Below the pieces are notes generated by a model that had not been told where the DNA came from, ran no database searches, and was given only the letters and a program-made list of their open reading frames with translations. From contig NC_068987.1 of the NCBI RefSeq assembly GCF_001194135.2, positions 28,089,547-28,153,546 on the forward strand: a DNA stretch of 64,000 nt, written 5' to 3'. Shown in pieces: positions 11,165 through 23,740 of this stretch (positions within the stretch are counted from its first letter, which is position 1; each line of letters starts with the position of its first letter). Made by a program: the position numbers and the translations under genes. The stretch is from Octopus bimaculoides. Taxonomy: Eukaryota.

Positions 11165-12113
11165 TTGTTATATTTCTGCTGCTTTTAAATAAAGCATATT
11201 ACTCTACCTCTGGTATCTGNNNNNNNNNNNNNNNNNNNNNNNNNNNNNNNNNNNNNNNNNNNNNNNNNNNNNNNNNNNNNNNNNNNNNNNNNNNNNNNNN
11301 NNNNNNNNNNNNNNNNNNNNNNNNNNNNNNNNNNNNNNNNNNNNNNNNNNNNNNNNNNNNNNNNNNNNNNNNNNNNNNNNNNNNNNNNNNNNNNNNNNNN
11401 NNNNNNNNNNNNNNNNNNNNNNNNNNNNNNNNNNNNNNNNNNNNNNNNNNNNNNNNNNNNNNNNNNNNNNNNNNNNNNNNNNNNNNNNNNNNNNNNNNNN
11501 NNNNNNNNNNNNNNNNNNNNNNNNNNNNNNNNNNNNNNNNNNNNNNNNNNNNNNNNNNNNNNNNNNNNNNNNNNNNNNNNNNNNNNNNNNNNNNNNNNNN
11601 NNNNNNNNNNNNNNNNNNNNNNNNNNNNNNNNNNNNNNNNNNNNNNNNNNNNNNNNNNNNNNNNNNNNNNNNNNNNNNNNNNNNNNNNNNNNNNNNNNNN
11701 NNNNNNNNNNNNNNNNNNNNNNNNNNNNNNNNNNNNNNNNNNNNNNNNNNNNNNNNNNNNNNNNNNNNNNNNNNNNNNNNNNNNNNNNNNNNNNNNNNNN
11801 NNNNNNNNNNNNNNNNNNNNNNNNNNNNNNNNNNNNNNNNNNNNNNNNNNNNNNNNNNNNNNNNNNNNNNNNNNNNNNNNNNNNNNNNNNNNNNNNNNNN
11901 NNNNNNNNNNNNNNNNNNNNNNNNNNNNNNNNNNNNNNNNNNNNNNNNNNNNNNNNNNNNNNNNNNNNNNNNNNNNNNNNNNNNNNNNNNNNNNNNNNNN
12001 NNNNNNNNNNNNNNNNNNNNNNNNNNNNNNNNNNNNNNNNNNNNNNNNNNNNNNNNNNNNNNNNNNNNNNNNNNNNNNNNNNNNNNNNNNNNNNNNNNNN
12101 NNNNNNNNNNNNN

Positions 12114-12154
<41 letters not shown>

Positions 12155-12312
12155 CATACATATATATATATACATACATACATGCAAGCACACAAACATA
12201 CACACACAGACATCTAATACTCCTTGTTTTTACATGGGCCTCCTAACAACAAAGTAGACTTCATATAATCAAGATAACCTTGGCCTGAAGAGTATCCTGC
12301 AGTTTGACACAA

Positions 12313-12541
12313 TCTGGTGAGGACAAACACAGGCACACAAACATATACAAACACATACATATATATATACATATATATGACGGGCTTCTTTCAGTTTCCA
12401 TCTACCAAATCCACTCACAAGGCTTTGGTCGGCCCAAGGCTATAGTAGAAGACACTTGCCCAAGGTGCCACGCAGTGGGACTGAACCCAGAACCATGTGA
12501 TTGGTAAGCAAGCTACTTACCACACAGCCACTCCTGTGCCT
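12313..12541 (-). mobile_element. Family A SINE, well-preserved head
   Basis: The minus strand reads aggcacaggagtggctgtgtggtaagtagcttgcttaccaatcacatggttctgggttcagtcccactgcgtggcaccttgggcaagtgtc: box A, box B and the CORE-like segment. Confidence 0.92.
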
Positions 12542-13234
12542 ATAAAAACACGAATCTCGCGAATTTTTTTTTACTAAAGACTTTAGCCTATACAATAGTA
12601 ACACATTACAATTTAATCTTTGTCAAAACAGTGAGACCAATAGTTTGCAAGTGTGATAGTGCATAACACCTGCTGAAAATGATGGATTGCAATGATATAT
12701 AAGCACTTAGCTGCAAAAAGAGACAGCTTTTTTACTGGTCCATTGAATAGTTTTAATGAAAACTATAAAAATTTAATTAGAAATAATGGCACTATATTTA
12801 CACAAGTACTATTGTATTATTTACAAAACATCGAAGGATTTAGATATAATTAATCAATATTCCAGAAGCTCTTTTATCAGAATATTAATAGTATAACTTC
12901 AAGTTCCACAAAGACTTCTTTGTTTCCTATGTATTTATCACTACATTTTCATTGTTCATATTTCTCATCCTACTTCAACCAAAAGAAAGTGGATATCTCT
13001 TATACCAAATGATGTTCATTTTTTCCCACTCTCACTCTTTCTTTATATACTAGTCGGAGGTAGGTGACAAATGTCTCGTCCTTATTCTCACTTTCATTTT
13101 ACTTTTGTTTCTTTTACCCGCCAACTCACTGTTTCACATTTGAGAATCTCTAACTTTCATACTATCTCCTTACTCAGAATGTAAACAGATGCACATTGCC
13201 AATATATTTGGACTGACATACATGTTATGACGAT

Positions 13235-13918
13235 GGTGTATAATAGGCAAGAAGTTTGTTTCTCAACCACATGGGTTCTATGTTCAATCAGGCTTAATGT
13301 GTGGCATATTGGGCAAGTGTGTTCTACTATAGCCTTGGGTTGACGAATGCTTTTTGTGTGGATTTGGTAGATAGCAATTGAAAGAAGCTTGTTGTATACA
13401 TGTATACAGCTAATGTGTGCATCTGTGTTTGTCCCCCACCACCACTTGACGATGTTGATGTGTTTATATCCCTATAATCTTGTGGTTCAGCAAAAAGGAC
13501 TGAGAGAGTAAGTACAAGGGTTTAAAATAAAAAAAAGAACAAATACTGGGATTGATTCACTTGACTACTGTGTAACACCTTGGTCAAGTGTCTGCTACTA
13601 TAGCCCTGGGCCGATCAAAACCTTCTGAGTGAATTTAGTAGAAGGAAACTGAAAAAGCCCATCACATACATATGTATATATATATATACATTTATGTGTG
13701 TGTATCTTTGTCCCCCAACCCCCAACCATTGCCTGACAACTGATGTTGGTGTGTTTCCATCCGTATAACTTAGGAATTTGGCATAAGAGACCGAAAGAAT
13801 AGGTTCTAGGCTTACAAAGAATAAGTCCTAAGGTCAATTTCTTCAAATATAAAACCCTTTAAAGTGGTACTCCAGCATGGCCACAATCAAATGACTGAAA
13901 CCAGTTAAAGAATAAAGG
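13235..13918 (+). mobile_element. Two tandem family A SINE copies (about 13235-13565 and 13568-13918)
   Basis: Both contain the tgggcaagtg/ttggtcaagtg...ctactatagcc...gtgtttgtccccca blocks. The second ends ccagcatggccacaatcaaatgactgaaacc...aaagaataaa. Confidence 0.85.
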
Positions 13919-13919
13919 A

Positions 13920-13953
<34 letters not shown>

Positions 13954-13975
13954 TTAGAGCTGGTGTCATGTAAAG

Positions 13976-14133
13976 TACCCTGGACACTTTTTAAAGTGGC
14001 TGACTTCAGGAAGAACATCCAGATGTAGAAACCAAACCAAGCCAAAGCAGACTGGAGCTTGATGCAGTCTAGTTAGTTCTATTTGAACCATTCAACCCAT
14101 ACCAATATGGAAAAGAGACATTAAATGAAGATA
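13976..14133 (+). mobile_element. Degenerate family E SINE-like 3' part
   Basis: caggaagaacatccagatgtagaaacc...caacccataccaatatggaaaagagacattaaatgaag matches 18790-18947. Confidence 0.7.
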
Positions 14134-14188
14134 ATAATGTCAATACACATACACGCATACATACATACACACACATATCTATCTATCA

Positions 14189-14254
<66 letters not shown>

Positions 14255-14696
14255 AATACGTATGTATATATATATGTATATATATGTATATATACATGCA
14301 TACAAGCACACACACACACACACACACATACATATACATACTTTTTTTACCACATCTATACACAACTTTCTTCAAATAATGGAACTGCAACTATAATATC
14401 TTTAAATATTTTATATATTATTTCCACTTTCATTCTCTTATTTCCCTCTATATTCCCTATCTCCTCCTTTTCCATAATAATTCCTTATTTTGAACTCAAA
14501 TATTTACCTCTATTTAACCATCTCACATCGTCTCTGATGAAGGCATGTACATATCTCAGAAACAGCTGTAAGACTATATCTATATCTTTTTCCTTATAAA
14601 TGTCCTGAAAATCACTCATAACCTTGGCTTTGTTATCTCATTTTGTCTNNNNNNNNNNNNNNNNNNNNNNNNNNNNTATATATATATATATATTTG

Positions 14697-14738
<42 letters not shown>

Positions 14739-17091
14739 TTGTATATATGTATACATTTAGAGTGGTAGATCTCAGTTTACAATTTAGTGTTGATACCGTT
14801 TTGCTTTGAAGTAAGTCCATAGATTTCAGCTGTCACTGTATTTTTAAGTTAATTAAATATATATGATGTATTAGATGATCATAAAAATATGCCATATTCA
14901 TGCAACATCACAGTGGATAGGAAAAGAAGGATTGACTAGACTATATTTTTGAATGTCATTATATTCTCATTAGGAATTGCTACCCCTTGTCTTAACTAAC
15001 CACTGTAAAACTATATAAAGTCATTTTGATTAGGTATACACGAAATCAGGCACACAGAATTGAATACTTGGCACATTTTTGGCTTTTACTTCTGTAAGGT
15101 AAATACTGATGTGTTAGTATTTTTATTATTCAGATTAATCTTCACTATGGGGTAAATTAATACATTTTCTATTATCATTGTGTAAGCATACACAAATTAG
15201 AATGAGTTTATAGCAACCAGATCAGACAGAATAAAAGAAAAGGTGAATGAAGCCCACAGACATTTGACTACATAGAATGTAATAAATTATGTACAACTTA
15301 CTTCATACATTGTAGAATCAGTTTGAATAAAGCATAATATAACATATTTTAAGTAACTAAGGTTTTTATTGTTTACTTCAGCAATAAATTTTACATTAAA
15401 TTATAGAGTGACAGAAATGGTAGAGTCCAATAAAATATGCTACAGTATTTGGTTACAGCTCACTACTGTCTGATTTCAAAGCTTACTAGGGTTGGTAAAG
15501 CCTTTCATCCTTTTAGTATCTATATGATATGGACCCAGTTTAGGAGATGGAGGTTTACCTTAAATGAGTATACCTCTTCACCAAAAGTTGAGCCCTTGTG
15601 CCTATGCTGAATTTCATTACCAAAGGTGTTTTATGTGAAAGCAATCTTGAGAAGTTAAACAGTAAAGGTGAACCATTCTTGAAAGGTCTCCTGGCAACCA
15701 TTTTCTTTACTGTAATGGTGGAATATAAATAATATTATGAGTCTCAGAAGCACAGAGTATGACATGAAAGTACTTAATACCATGGGAATAGTTAGGTTTA
15801 GGGAAATCTTGACCACATTTTGAACATGATGAATAACACTGTTTTAAAGCAATGACAAGAGAAATAGGTTGAAGAATTTATGAGCTGAAAAGATATAAAA
15901 TATTGTGTTGATAGTTAAGAAATGGTAATCCTGAATTTATGGCAGTGTAAAATATTACTTGTGTTTTATTAGAGCTTAAATTTCTGACAGATGTATTTTT
16001 CCCAAGACTGGAATTAAATTATTTAAAATTGTATTATGGCTTAAAATAAATGTGTTTGTAATTTTATACATTTTTATTTTTGGATTTATCTTTTAATATA
16101 CTTTAAATTTTGAGTACATATCTTTTAAATGTAGAAATACAAATGTATATAAAAGGAAAGTGAATGATTCATAGTTTGGTGTATGTATGTTTACATAAAT
16201 ATAGATTTATGATATTCAAATCTGTGTTTTTTCCTCTTTTTACATTTCAATGAAGCTATGTACGTATACACTTGCTTTCTTGCACAGAAAAGTGCATATA
16301 GAAATATTTGGATGTATATTTGGATGTATGTTTCTAGTTTGTAATATTTTGGTGTGAGAATTTTAAAAATATCAATATAAAAATATGTAAAGAATCTCAA
16401 AAGACAAGGGAATTATTTAGCAGCTTTGATTTATGTAGATATATTGCCCAAGTGATAATATTCAAGTTATGCTTATCAAGGCAGAAGCAAGGTCAAAGTT
16501 CTGAATGTGTAAGTATGAATGCAATTTTGAATATATCTCCACAAATATGCACACATTTGAAATAGAAATCATATGAGCAAGAGGGAGGTAAGAAAAGAAA
16601 AATGAAGGAAGTGTGAAATTTTATATATATATAAACGACTATTTATCAAAAGCTTTATGTGTATTTTGAGCTGTGTATCTGAGAAAACACATCAGCGTCT
16701 CTTTTAAATTGATTTTTAAAAAATTTGATATTTAATTTCAAACTGTAATAATTCTCATGTTTCCACACTGTACAGCATAAGTTTAGTCTCCTTCACTTAT
16801 TCGGGGGGAAAAAAAATGTGCAAATCTTGTGATTCTTTTTGAAACATTCTTGTATTATTTGTTTAAAATATATCTGGATTTTGTATATTAATAACAATAA
16901 CACAAAATTATAAGAATACACTTTATCACAAAATATTTACTTAAAGTAATGATTGATACAATATATATACATCATCAATATTATCTTGAAGAACATTGTT
17001 GGTAGCAGGAAATATAGTCTATCATCAAAACATAACATCAATACAGACATAAAAACAGCTATCTATCTATCTGTCTGTCTGTCTGTCTGTC

Positions 17092-17476
17092 TCATTTAAC
17101 ATCATGCGTTCGGTCTGTCAAGGATGCACCCTCTCGTTGCATCTGTATGTATCGATTCTAGAGCCACTACTGCAGAAACTGGCGACACTGAGGGGCATCC
17201 CATGGGAAGTGGGATGCAGGAGGGGTGTGTCTGCATAAGTAGACGACGTCACCATCATAGTGTTGAGCCATAGGCTTGTCGACCTGGTCGGAGAAACACT
17301 AAAAGAATACAAAGAAGTAGCAGGAACAAAAATTAACTCGGAAAAGTCAGTGGGCTTGCGGCTCGGCACCTGGAGAGGTAGGTCCATGCCGTCCAACAGC
17401 ATCTCCATCGTGGGACACTGGACCAACTAACCGGTTAAATTCCTAGAGGTCTGGTTCAGACCAGGCCTCCAAATGG
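17092..17476 (+). pseudogene. Tx1/L1-clade non-LTR retrotransposon reverse-transcriptase core fragment with two in-frame stops
   Basis: One frame from 17092 reads SFNIMRSVCQGCTLSLHLYVSILEPLLQKL...VSA*VDDVTIIV...LKEYKEVAGTKINSEKS...W...WTN*PVKFLEVWF. This corresponds to the QGCPLSP, YADD, G.KIN..KS and K.LGVWF motifs. Confidence 0.9.
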
Positions 17477-17804
17477 CCCAATGGTTAGAGCAGCGGACTC
17501 GCGGTCGTAGAATCGCGGTTTCGATTCCCAGACCGGGCATTGTGAGTGTTTATTGGCGAACCCTGCTGTACTCTTTCACCACAACTTTCTCTCACTCTTA
17601 CTTCTTGTTTCTGCTGTGCCTGTAATTCAAAGGGTCAGCCTTGTCACACTGTGTCACGCTGAATATCCCCGAGAACTACGTTAAGGGTACACGTGTCTGT
17701 GGAGTGCTCAGCCACTTACACGTTAATTTCACGAGCAGGCTGTTCCGTTGATCGGATCAACTGGAACCCTCGACGTCGTAAGCGACGGAGTGCCAACAAC
17801 AACA
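17470..17804 (+). mobile_element. Family C tRNA-derived SINE fused to the Tx1 fragment
   Basis: Head atggcccaatggttagagcagcggactcgcggtcgtagaatcgcggtttcgattccca and tail gagtgccaacaacaaca. Homologous to 3304-3669. Confidence 0.92.
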
Positions 17805-18036
17805 GATGCTGAATCTGAACATCAACTGTGTTGATCTCATTAGCCTTGGATGTTTTAGTGGTACCATGCATACTTCCCCATATCGATTACATCATACAAA
17901 ACTGAAATATATATATTAGTGTGTTTGTGTGTATGTATATGTGTACATACATATGTATATGCATATTTGTATGTGTGCCTATGTGTGTGTGTGTGCGTTC
18001 AGGTGTGTGTGTACATATATATGTGTGTGTGTGTGC

Positions 18037-18093
<57 letters not shown>

Positions 18094-18299
18094 TGTGTGT
18101 GTGCATGCACGCACGTGCATTGTGTGTGTGCGTGCAAGTGTTTTCAAAGAATATTTGTTGACTGACAAAATAGGTGCCTCAACATGTTTGGAAATTTGTA
18201 GTTTCAGCTAATTGGCTTTAGCTGACTGTATCTTATTACATGGCCTTAATGAATCTCATTATCTTTCTTAACTCAGTATTTTTTTTTAATCTTTCACAG

Positions 18300-18353
18300 C
18301 ACTACAGACTATGACACCTTATCAAAGTGTTTTTCGAGATTTACAAATGCTAG
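18300..18353 (+). CDS. Candidate 54-nt internal exon of an unidentified gene
   Basis: Very strong acceptor (T-run followed by aatctttcacag|C) and donor AG|gtaaaa. Length is divisible by 3. Open in phase 1 (xLQTMTPYQSVFRDLQML) and phase 2 (xTTDYDTLSKCFSRFTNA). Confidence 0.35.
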
Positions 18354-18665
18354 GTAAAATGGAATGTTCTTAGATAAGAACAGGTCTTGTAGTTGTTCCA
18401 CTACGAAACAGCATTGAAATCAACGATTGAGCAAAGAGGTTCCTTGTGAAATGTATGGGCACAACGTATGACTGCAAAATATGACAGGAAAGTGTCGATT
18501 TTGTTCAAAGATAATGATCCTCAGCTAAGGGGATGACACCATTCAATCATTCGTCCATATGTATGTGTGTGTATACATTATATACATATCTCCCTCTCCC
18601 TATATATGTGTGTGTGCGTGTGCGTGTGTGTGTGTGTGTGTCCATCCGTTTGACTTTATTGTTTC

Positions 18666-18943
18666 CTTTGCCAGTGCCCCTGGACTGACTCTTGTGCGGA
18701 TGGCACATAAAATACACCATTTTGAGCGTGGCCGTTGCCAGTACCGCCTGACTGGCCTTCGTGCGGGTGACACGTAGAAGCACCCACTACACTCTCTGAG
18801 TGGTTTGGCGTTAGGAAGGGCATCCAACTGTAGAAACTCTGCCAAATCAGATTGGAGGCTGGTGTTGCCATCCGGTTTCACCAGTCCTCAGTCAAATCGT
18901 TCAACCCATGCTAGCATGGGAAGTGGACGTTAAACGATGATGA

Positions 18944-18947
<4 letters not shown>
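18666..18947 (+). mobile_element. Family E SINE-like element with (GAT)n tail
   Basis: GC-rich body containing ggcgttaggaagggcatccaactgtagaaa. The 3' end is caacccatgctagcatgggaagtggacgttaaacgatgatgatgat. Further copies at 13976-14133 and 19475-19700. Confidence 0.85.
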
Positions 18948-18979
<32 letters not shown>

Positions 18980-19474
18980 AAATGAGATGGTAAAGGAATA
19001 AACAGTTGTCTTATAAACTTCATTAGCTTACAGCTGTTTCTGCTATAAGATGCAGTCGACTCATCATAGATGACTGCCTGAATAATACCTTTAAGCTTCA
19101 TCGTACCTTTGAATATGAGACGTGCAATTTATTTGGGAAAAGAATTACATTTATCTGTTGTTTCGAAGCATATGTATATCTTGCAATGTTTGTAAAGAGG
19201 GAGATGTAATGAGAATGACTTTACATTAAGATGCGCACAGAAAGTGTGACGTAACGAGTTTGTATGTTCGACGAAATAAATACACATAGTAATTGTTGTG
19301 TTGTGTCATAATTTACAGTAGCCTTGTATGTTCTCTATAGCAAGGCACCTGCTTGTTCTTTGAACAAAAATCACGTCTCCTCCCTCTCGAATATCCTCAC
19401 CACGACTACCACCACTTAATCAAGAGGGCTTTATCCCGTTTTTTTTTTTTTTTTTTTTTTACTTTCCTTTCCTT

Positions 19475-19700
19475 TACGATGCCATTCTCTCTCATGCAAG
19501 TTACATGGTAACCCCACTAATGCTAGTGGCACGAAGGAAAGTACTCAATACCCACCTTAAAGTGGTTGGCATTAGGAAGGCATCCAGCAGTAGAAACCAT
19601 GACAAAGTTGATATGGTGCATGATGCAGCCCTGTAAGTCACCGGATCCTGTAAAAACGTCCAACCATGATAGCATGGAAAACATACAATAAATGATGAAG
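19475..19700 (+). mobile_element. Family E copy
   Basis: gtggttggcattaggaaggcatccagcagtagaaacc...acgtccaaccatgatagcatggaaaacatacaataaatgatga. Confidence 0.8.
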
Positions 19701-21234
19701 GTGAGATTTTATTTACGGATGCTTGTGCGATGACAGGATATTAGTGACGCCCAGTCTTAGCCCAAACTTGAATTACATCTAAATTAATTCTCTTTCTAAT
19801 TAGTTGTATTTACTCATATATTTATTTATTTATTTATTTATTTGTAGAAGCCGAAGTTCCTTTTCAATGATATCTTAATAATAGTTACATTGAACAGTAT
19901 AGTCTTATATTTATAATAATAAAGAAAAAGGTGTGATAACACGCATATTACATAAAGTGTGAGAAAACTGCCTAGAGGAAAGTATTTCTCCTAGTTTATG
20001 TAATGGCATTACACTAATGTTGAAAAAATATCATGTTTTATTCAATATCTTGTGTAAAACAATGAACCAAAAATAAAACCTTAAATCACTCGTTTATTGA
20101 CGGATTTTATTGTGCTTTTTTTACAGTGAAAAATTTTTTTTCCTCCCTGAATTCGTTTATGCTTACACAAGCATTTACTGACTTATTCTTTCTATCAACC
20201 TTTATTCACATATAAAATTCAAGCATATACGAGTTATTTATTCTATAAACACGCCTGCAGTGGGGAAGAAGAAGAAGAAGAAGAAGACGGAGGATGAGGA
20301 GGAGGAGAGGAAGTAGAAGAAGAAGAAGTCGTTTATAGGAGGCCAGTAAATAAGACTTTAGATGCTGGCAGCAAATATAAAAAAAAAAGTTAACATAAAA
20401 GAAAAAAAAAATTAACATTATAGTCAGATATGATCTGAACTCACACGGGTATCAAAGCCCAAAGAGAAATGTTATTTATACGTTCATGTAACCTCGTAGA
20501 TATATCAATAATGCAAACATACTTGAAATCCTCGCCATTTCATTATACTTTTGAAGCTATTTATTACCATGGGTTTTAGCTATCATATTACTACTACTAG
20601 ACAGTCAGCAACGGAGTTGTGAATGTGTTTTGAGTATATTGTTAGAGAATCTAGATTGAATTTCCGCTAGAGTAGGTTCTTGTTAGTAAATGATGTTCGT
20701 ACAATGCTTTTGTAATGGACAAGACTGCGATCTAAGCGTGTTGTTACCATTCAGAATCAAAAATAATTTCACATGGACTCCATCACCGCACGAAAATGTT
20801 ACGAAAATTCTCGAAGAATTTAACCATGTTGTAAATAGAAAATGTTTTCTTCCCTACTTTTCTTATTAATTTTTTTTTGTTTTATTTTTCATTTTCACTG
20901 AAATAAATTTTCTGTTGCTCAGAAAGTCAGGGGTATCGCTATGATATTTAATTCAGTGAAATACAGGTGTTCTCGTGTTGTGGAATCGTTGCATTCCCGA
21001 AAATTTTGCAGTAATTTGGGGTTCCGTAACACAAAACCAGCTTTCTTATCGTACTGACGTCTACGGTATTTGGAAGTCGATGACAAAATATATTACACTT
21101 AACTCTGCGTTACAGTAGAATCTTCATGAACGCAACGTTTCCGTAATGTGGGTATGTCTTTGTATAACAAATATTTCCATTATAAAAAAAAACTACCACT
21201 GACAACAACATTATAACACCACAAATAACAAGCA

Positions 21235-21346
21235 AATAGAATAAGTACTAGGCTTACAAAGAATAAATCCTGGGATCAATTTGCTCGACTAAAGGCGGTG
21301 CTCCAGCATGGTCGCAGTTAAATGAATGAAACAAGTAAGAGAGAGT
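21235..21346 (+). mobile_element. Family A SINE 3' fragment
   Basis: gaataagtactaggcttacaaagaataaatcctggg...aaaggcggtgctccagcatggtcgcag...aaacaagtaaga. Confidence 0.85.
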
Positions 21347-21364
21347 TGCATGAGTCAGGGTAAA

Positions 21365-21580
21365 TCCTTCCTAATATAGGTGCAAGGACTGAAATTTCGT
21401 AGGAAGTGCCTTGTCGATTATATCATCCACAAATGCTCGAGTAGCATTTATTCTATGAACCCTGTGAGAATGGAAGTGAAAGTCGACTCGTCGGAATTCA
21501 AACTCAGAATATTAAGACGGACGAAATGCCGATAAGCATTTTGTCTGGCGTGCAACGATTCTGCCAGCTCGTCGCCTTAT
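21365..21580 (-). mobile_element. Family B tRNA-derived SINE
   Basis: The minus strand begins aaggcgacgagctggcagaatcgttgcacgcc, followed by a box B-like gagtttgaattcc and then gagtcgactttcacttcc. Confidence 0.85.
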
Positions 21581-22984
21581 GAGTCAGAAATAATAAAAGA
21601 ATATAGTAAAATGGATTGACTAGAATGATTTTGATCAGTGGTTTGCTCGATAGGCATTGACTAGCATCAAAACAACGACAGCAACGTGGAATATAGAAAT
21701 TATCGTATCAAGAAGAGAGACGAAGAGTGTTTTTAAACCCTTACCTTTTATCTTCACAAATGAATATTTTTGTTAAGAGAGTAAACTAAAGTTTTGAATT
21801 TAACTGAAATTTAATAAAGTTTTGAAACAGGAATTAATAATTTGTTAAAATTTTTCCCCCCTAATATTGAATTTCGCTGCGAGATCGATTTTTAAACTCC
21901 GACGACTGATCCTAGATTTCGAGTAATCTTAAAATTTCATATTGAAAAGAAAGAAGAAAACAATTTGAATCGGAATTGTTGTTCGTTATTAAGTTTGTAT
22001 ATAATCTTAATGATATTATACTTATGGTGATTCCAATGTTCGTTGCCAAGTCAGTTGTCTAATATGGATGTCATTCAAATGAATGTTGGAGAAAGGGGTC
22101 GTTTCCACAATGTTAAATTGTGCGCCACGCACCACACATGAATTCACTGGCACTCTGACAGTTTCTTCTCCGCAATTTACTATTACTCTAAAGGCCAAAT
22201 TTCTTTGAAGGAATTATCACGCAGCACTGCGTATTGGTTTCTTCTTGACTAAGTCCTTTACTAAGAGAGTCTAACGTTCATGCCCTTCCCAAAGGCATTT
22301 TCAACCTAACTGAAGAGAAATGATATTGACAAAGGAGTATAATTACATCATTACATCGTCTTACCACCTCTTTATCAATATTCAATTAAAATAAGATCGA
22401 TGAGTTGGCAGAAACGATCGGGTTAATTGCTCTCACTGTATATAGTTTCAAGGTAATGAATTAGCGGAACTGTTAGAAAATCAGATAGAAGGCTATGTGA
22501 AATTCGTTCAGGCTTTCTGTGTTCAAGTCTTTTCATCGTTTTTGCGATCAGTAGATAAAATGTCACACAAGATCTGGGGTTGATATCTTCCCACTTCTGG
22601 ATTGTCCCAGATTCGGTTTGAAAGTTACGTTCAACTTACCTATATCCTTGTATCCAGCCTCTAAAACAACAAGTTCACGAATTGGTCGTGCAACTGAATG
22701 TTATTCGTCGATACGAACGGAGAATCCACTATTTTGTTATTTTCAACTCTTATACATTCTGAGTACATTTTCCTTTCTGATCAGTTTGTTTTATTTCTGT
22801 GTTGTCATAGTATTGATCTAATTGACGACACAATTTCCTTTCAAAGCTAGTCTCGGATTTATTAAAGAAAACAGGATTTTTTTACAGTCGGTAAATGCAG
22901 GTTTTGAAAAGAGGGGGGAAAAGGCTTCTGATATGATTGTTGATATTTTTCTTTTTGTTGCTGCTGCTATATGACGTGTGCAGA

Positions 22985-23035
<51 letters not shown>

Positions 23036-23559
23036 GAGTGTGTGTGCGTGTGTTTGTCCCCCATCATTACTTGACAACCAGTGTTAGTGTTGTTGTGTCC
23101 ACGCAACATTAGCGGTTCGGCATTCGTTCTACATTAATTGCATTTAATGTAACGTAAGGATGATAAAATATTGCGTAATAAGGAATATGTAATTGTATAA
23201 TAATTTTGAAATTTCATTGGAATTAAAAACTAATGAATGATATGTGTATTAAGTCTTGTATAGATTGTTATTGTATATTTTTGTATGATTTATTGTACAG
23301 GCAATGGTGAGGTTTATATACAATAAAAGTGTAAATCATGCTTTCTTTCTTAAATATTGCTTCTTAATTTTCTTCCTTCCATGGAATTTCCACGGGTCCC
23401 GCTAGTCTATATTAATTTTAGAAGTCTGAGAGTAAGTGCAACAAGTAATGTCACTTTCAATCATGCTAAGTAATTAAAATTACTTTGAGAAGGTAGTCTG
23501 GAATCCAATTAATTTTCTCAGTATATATATAAAGACACATATGCATATATATGCTTGTA

Positions 23560-23740
23560 TGTATAAATGTATATATATGTATATGTATTTATTTGTATAT
23601 GTGTGTATGAATGTATACATATATGTATATATATATATATGTATATATTTGTGTATGAATGTATACATATATATATATATGTATATATTTGTGTATGAAT
23701 GTATACATATATATATATGTATATATTTGTGTATGAATGT

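Larger units (their letters stand above)
11031..11194. repeat. Near-perfect palindrome with 79-bp arms (11031-11109 and 11116-11194), 3 mismatches and a 6-nt spacer; probable inverted pseudo-LTR of a Penelope-like element
   Basis: I aligned the reverse complement of the left arm to the right arm by hand and found only three differences, at right-arm positions 11127, 11129 and 11135. The Penelope assignment is inferred from the hammerhead content. Confidence 0.9.

Noticed and set aside
8749-12213. Longest ORFs in the track (300-400 aa), and those at 24389-25087, 46060-46549 and 52170-52922
   Set aside because: They are open only because they run through N gaps and dinucleotide repeats.
17118-17426. 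102-aa minus-strand ORF
   Set aside because: It is the antisense shadow of the plus-strand Tx1 RT fragment.
17470-17540. tRNA-like sequences here and at other SINE heads
   Set aside because: They are SINE heads continuing into SINE bodies, without a proper acceptor stem, so they are not tRNA genes.
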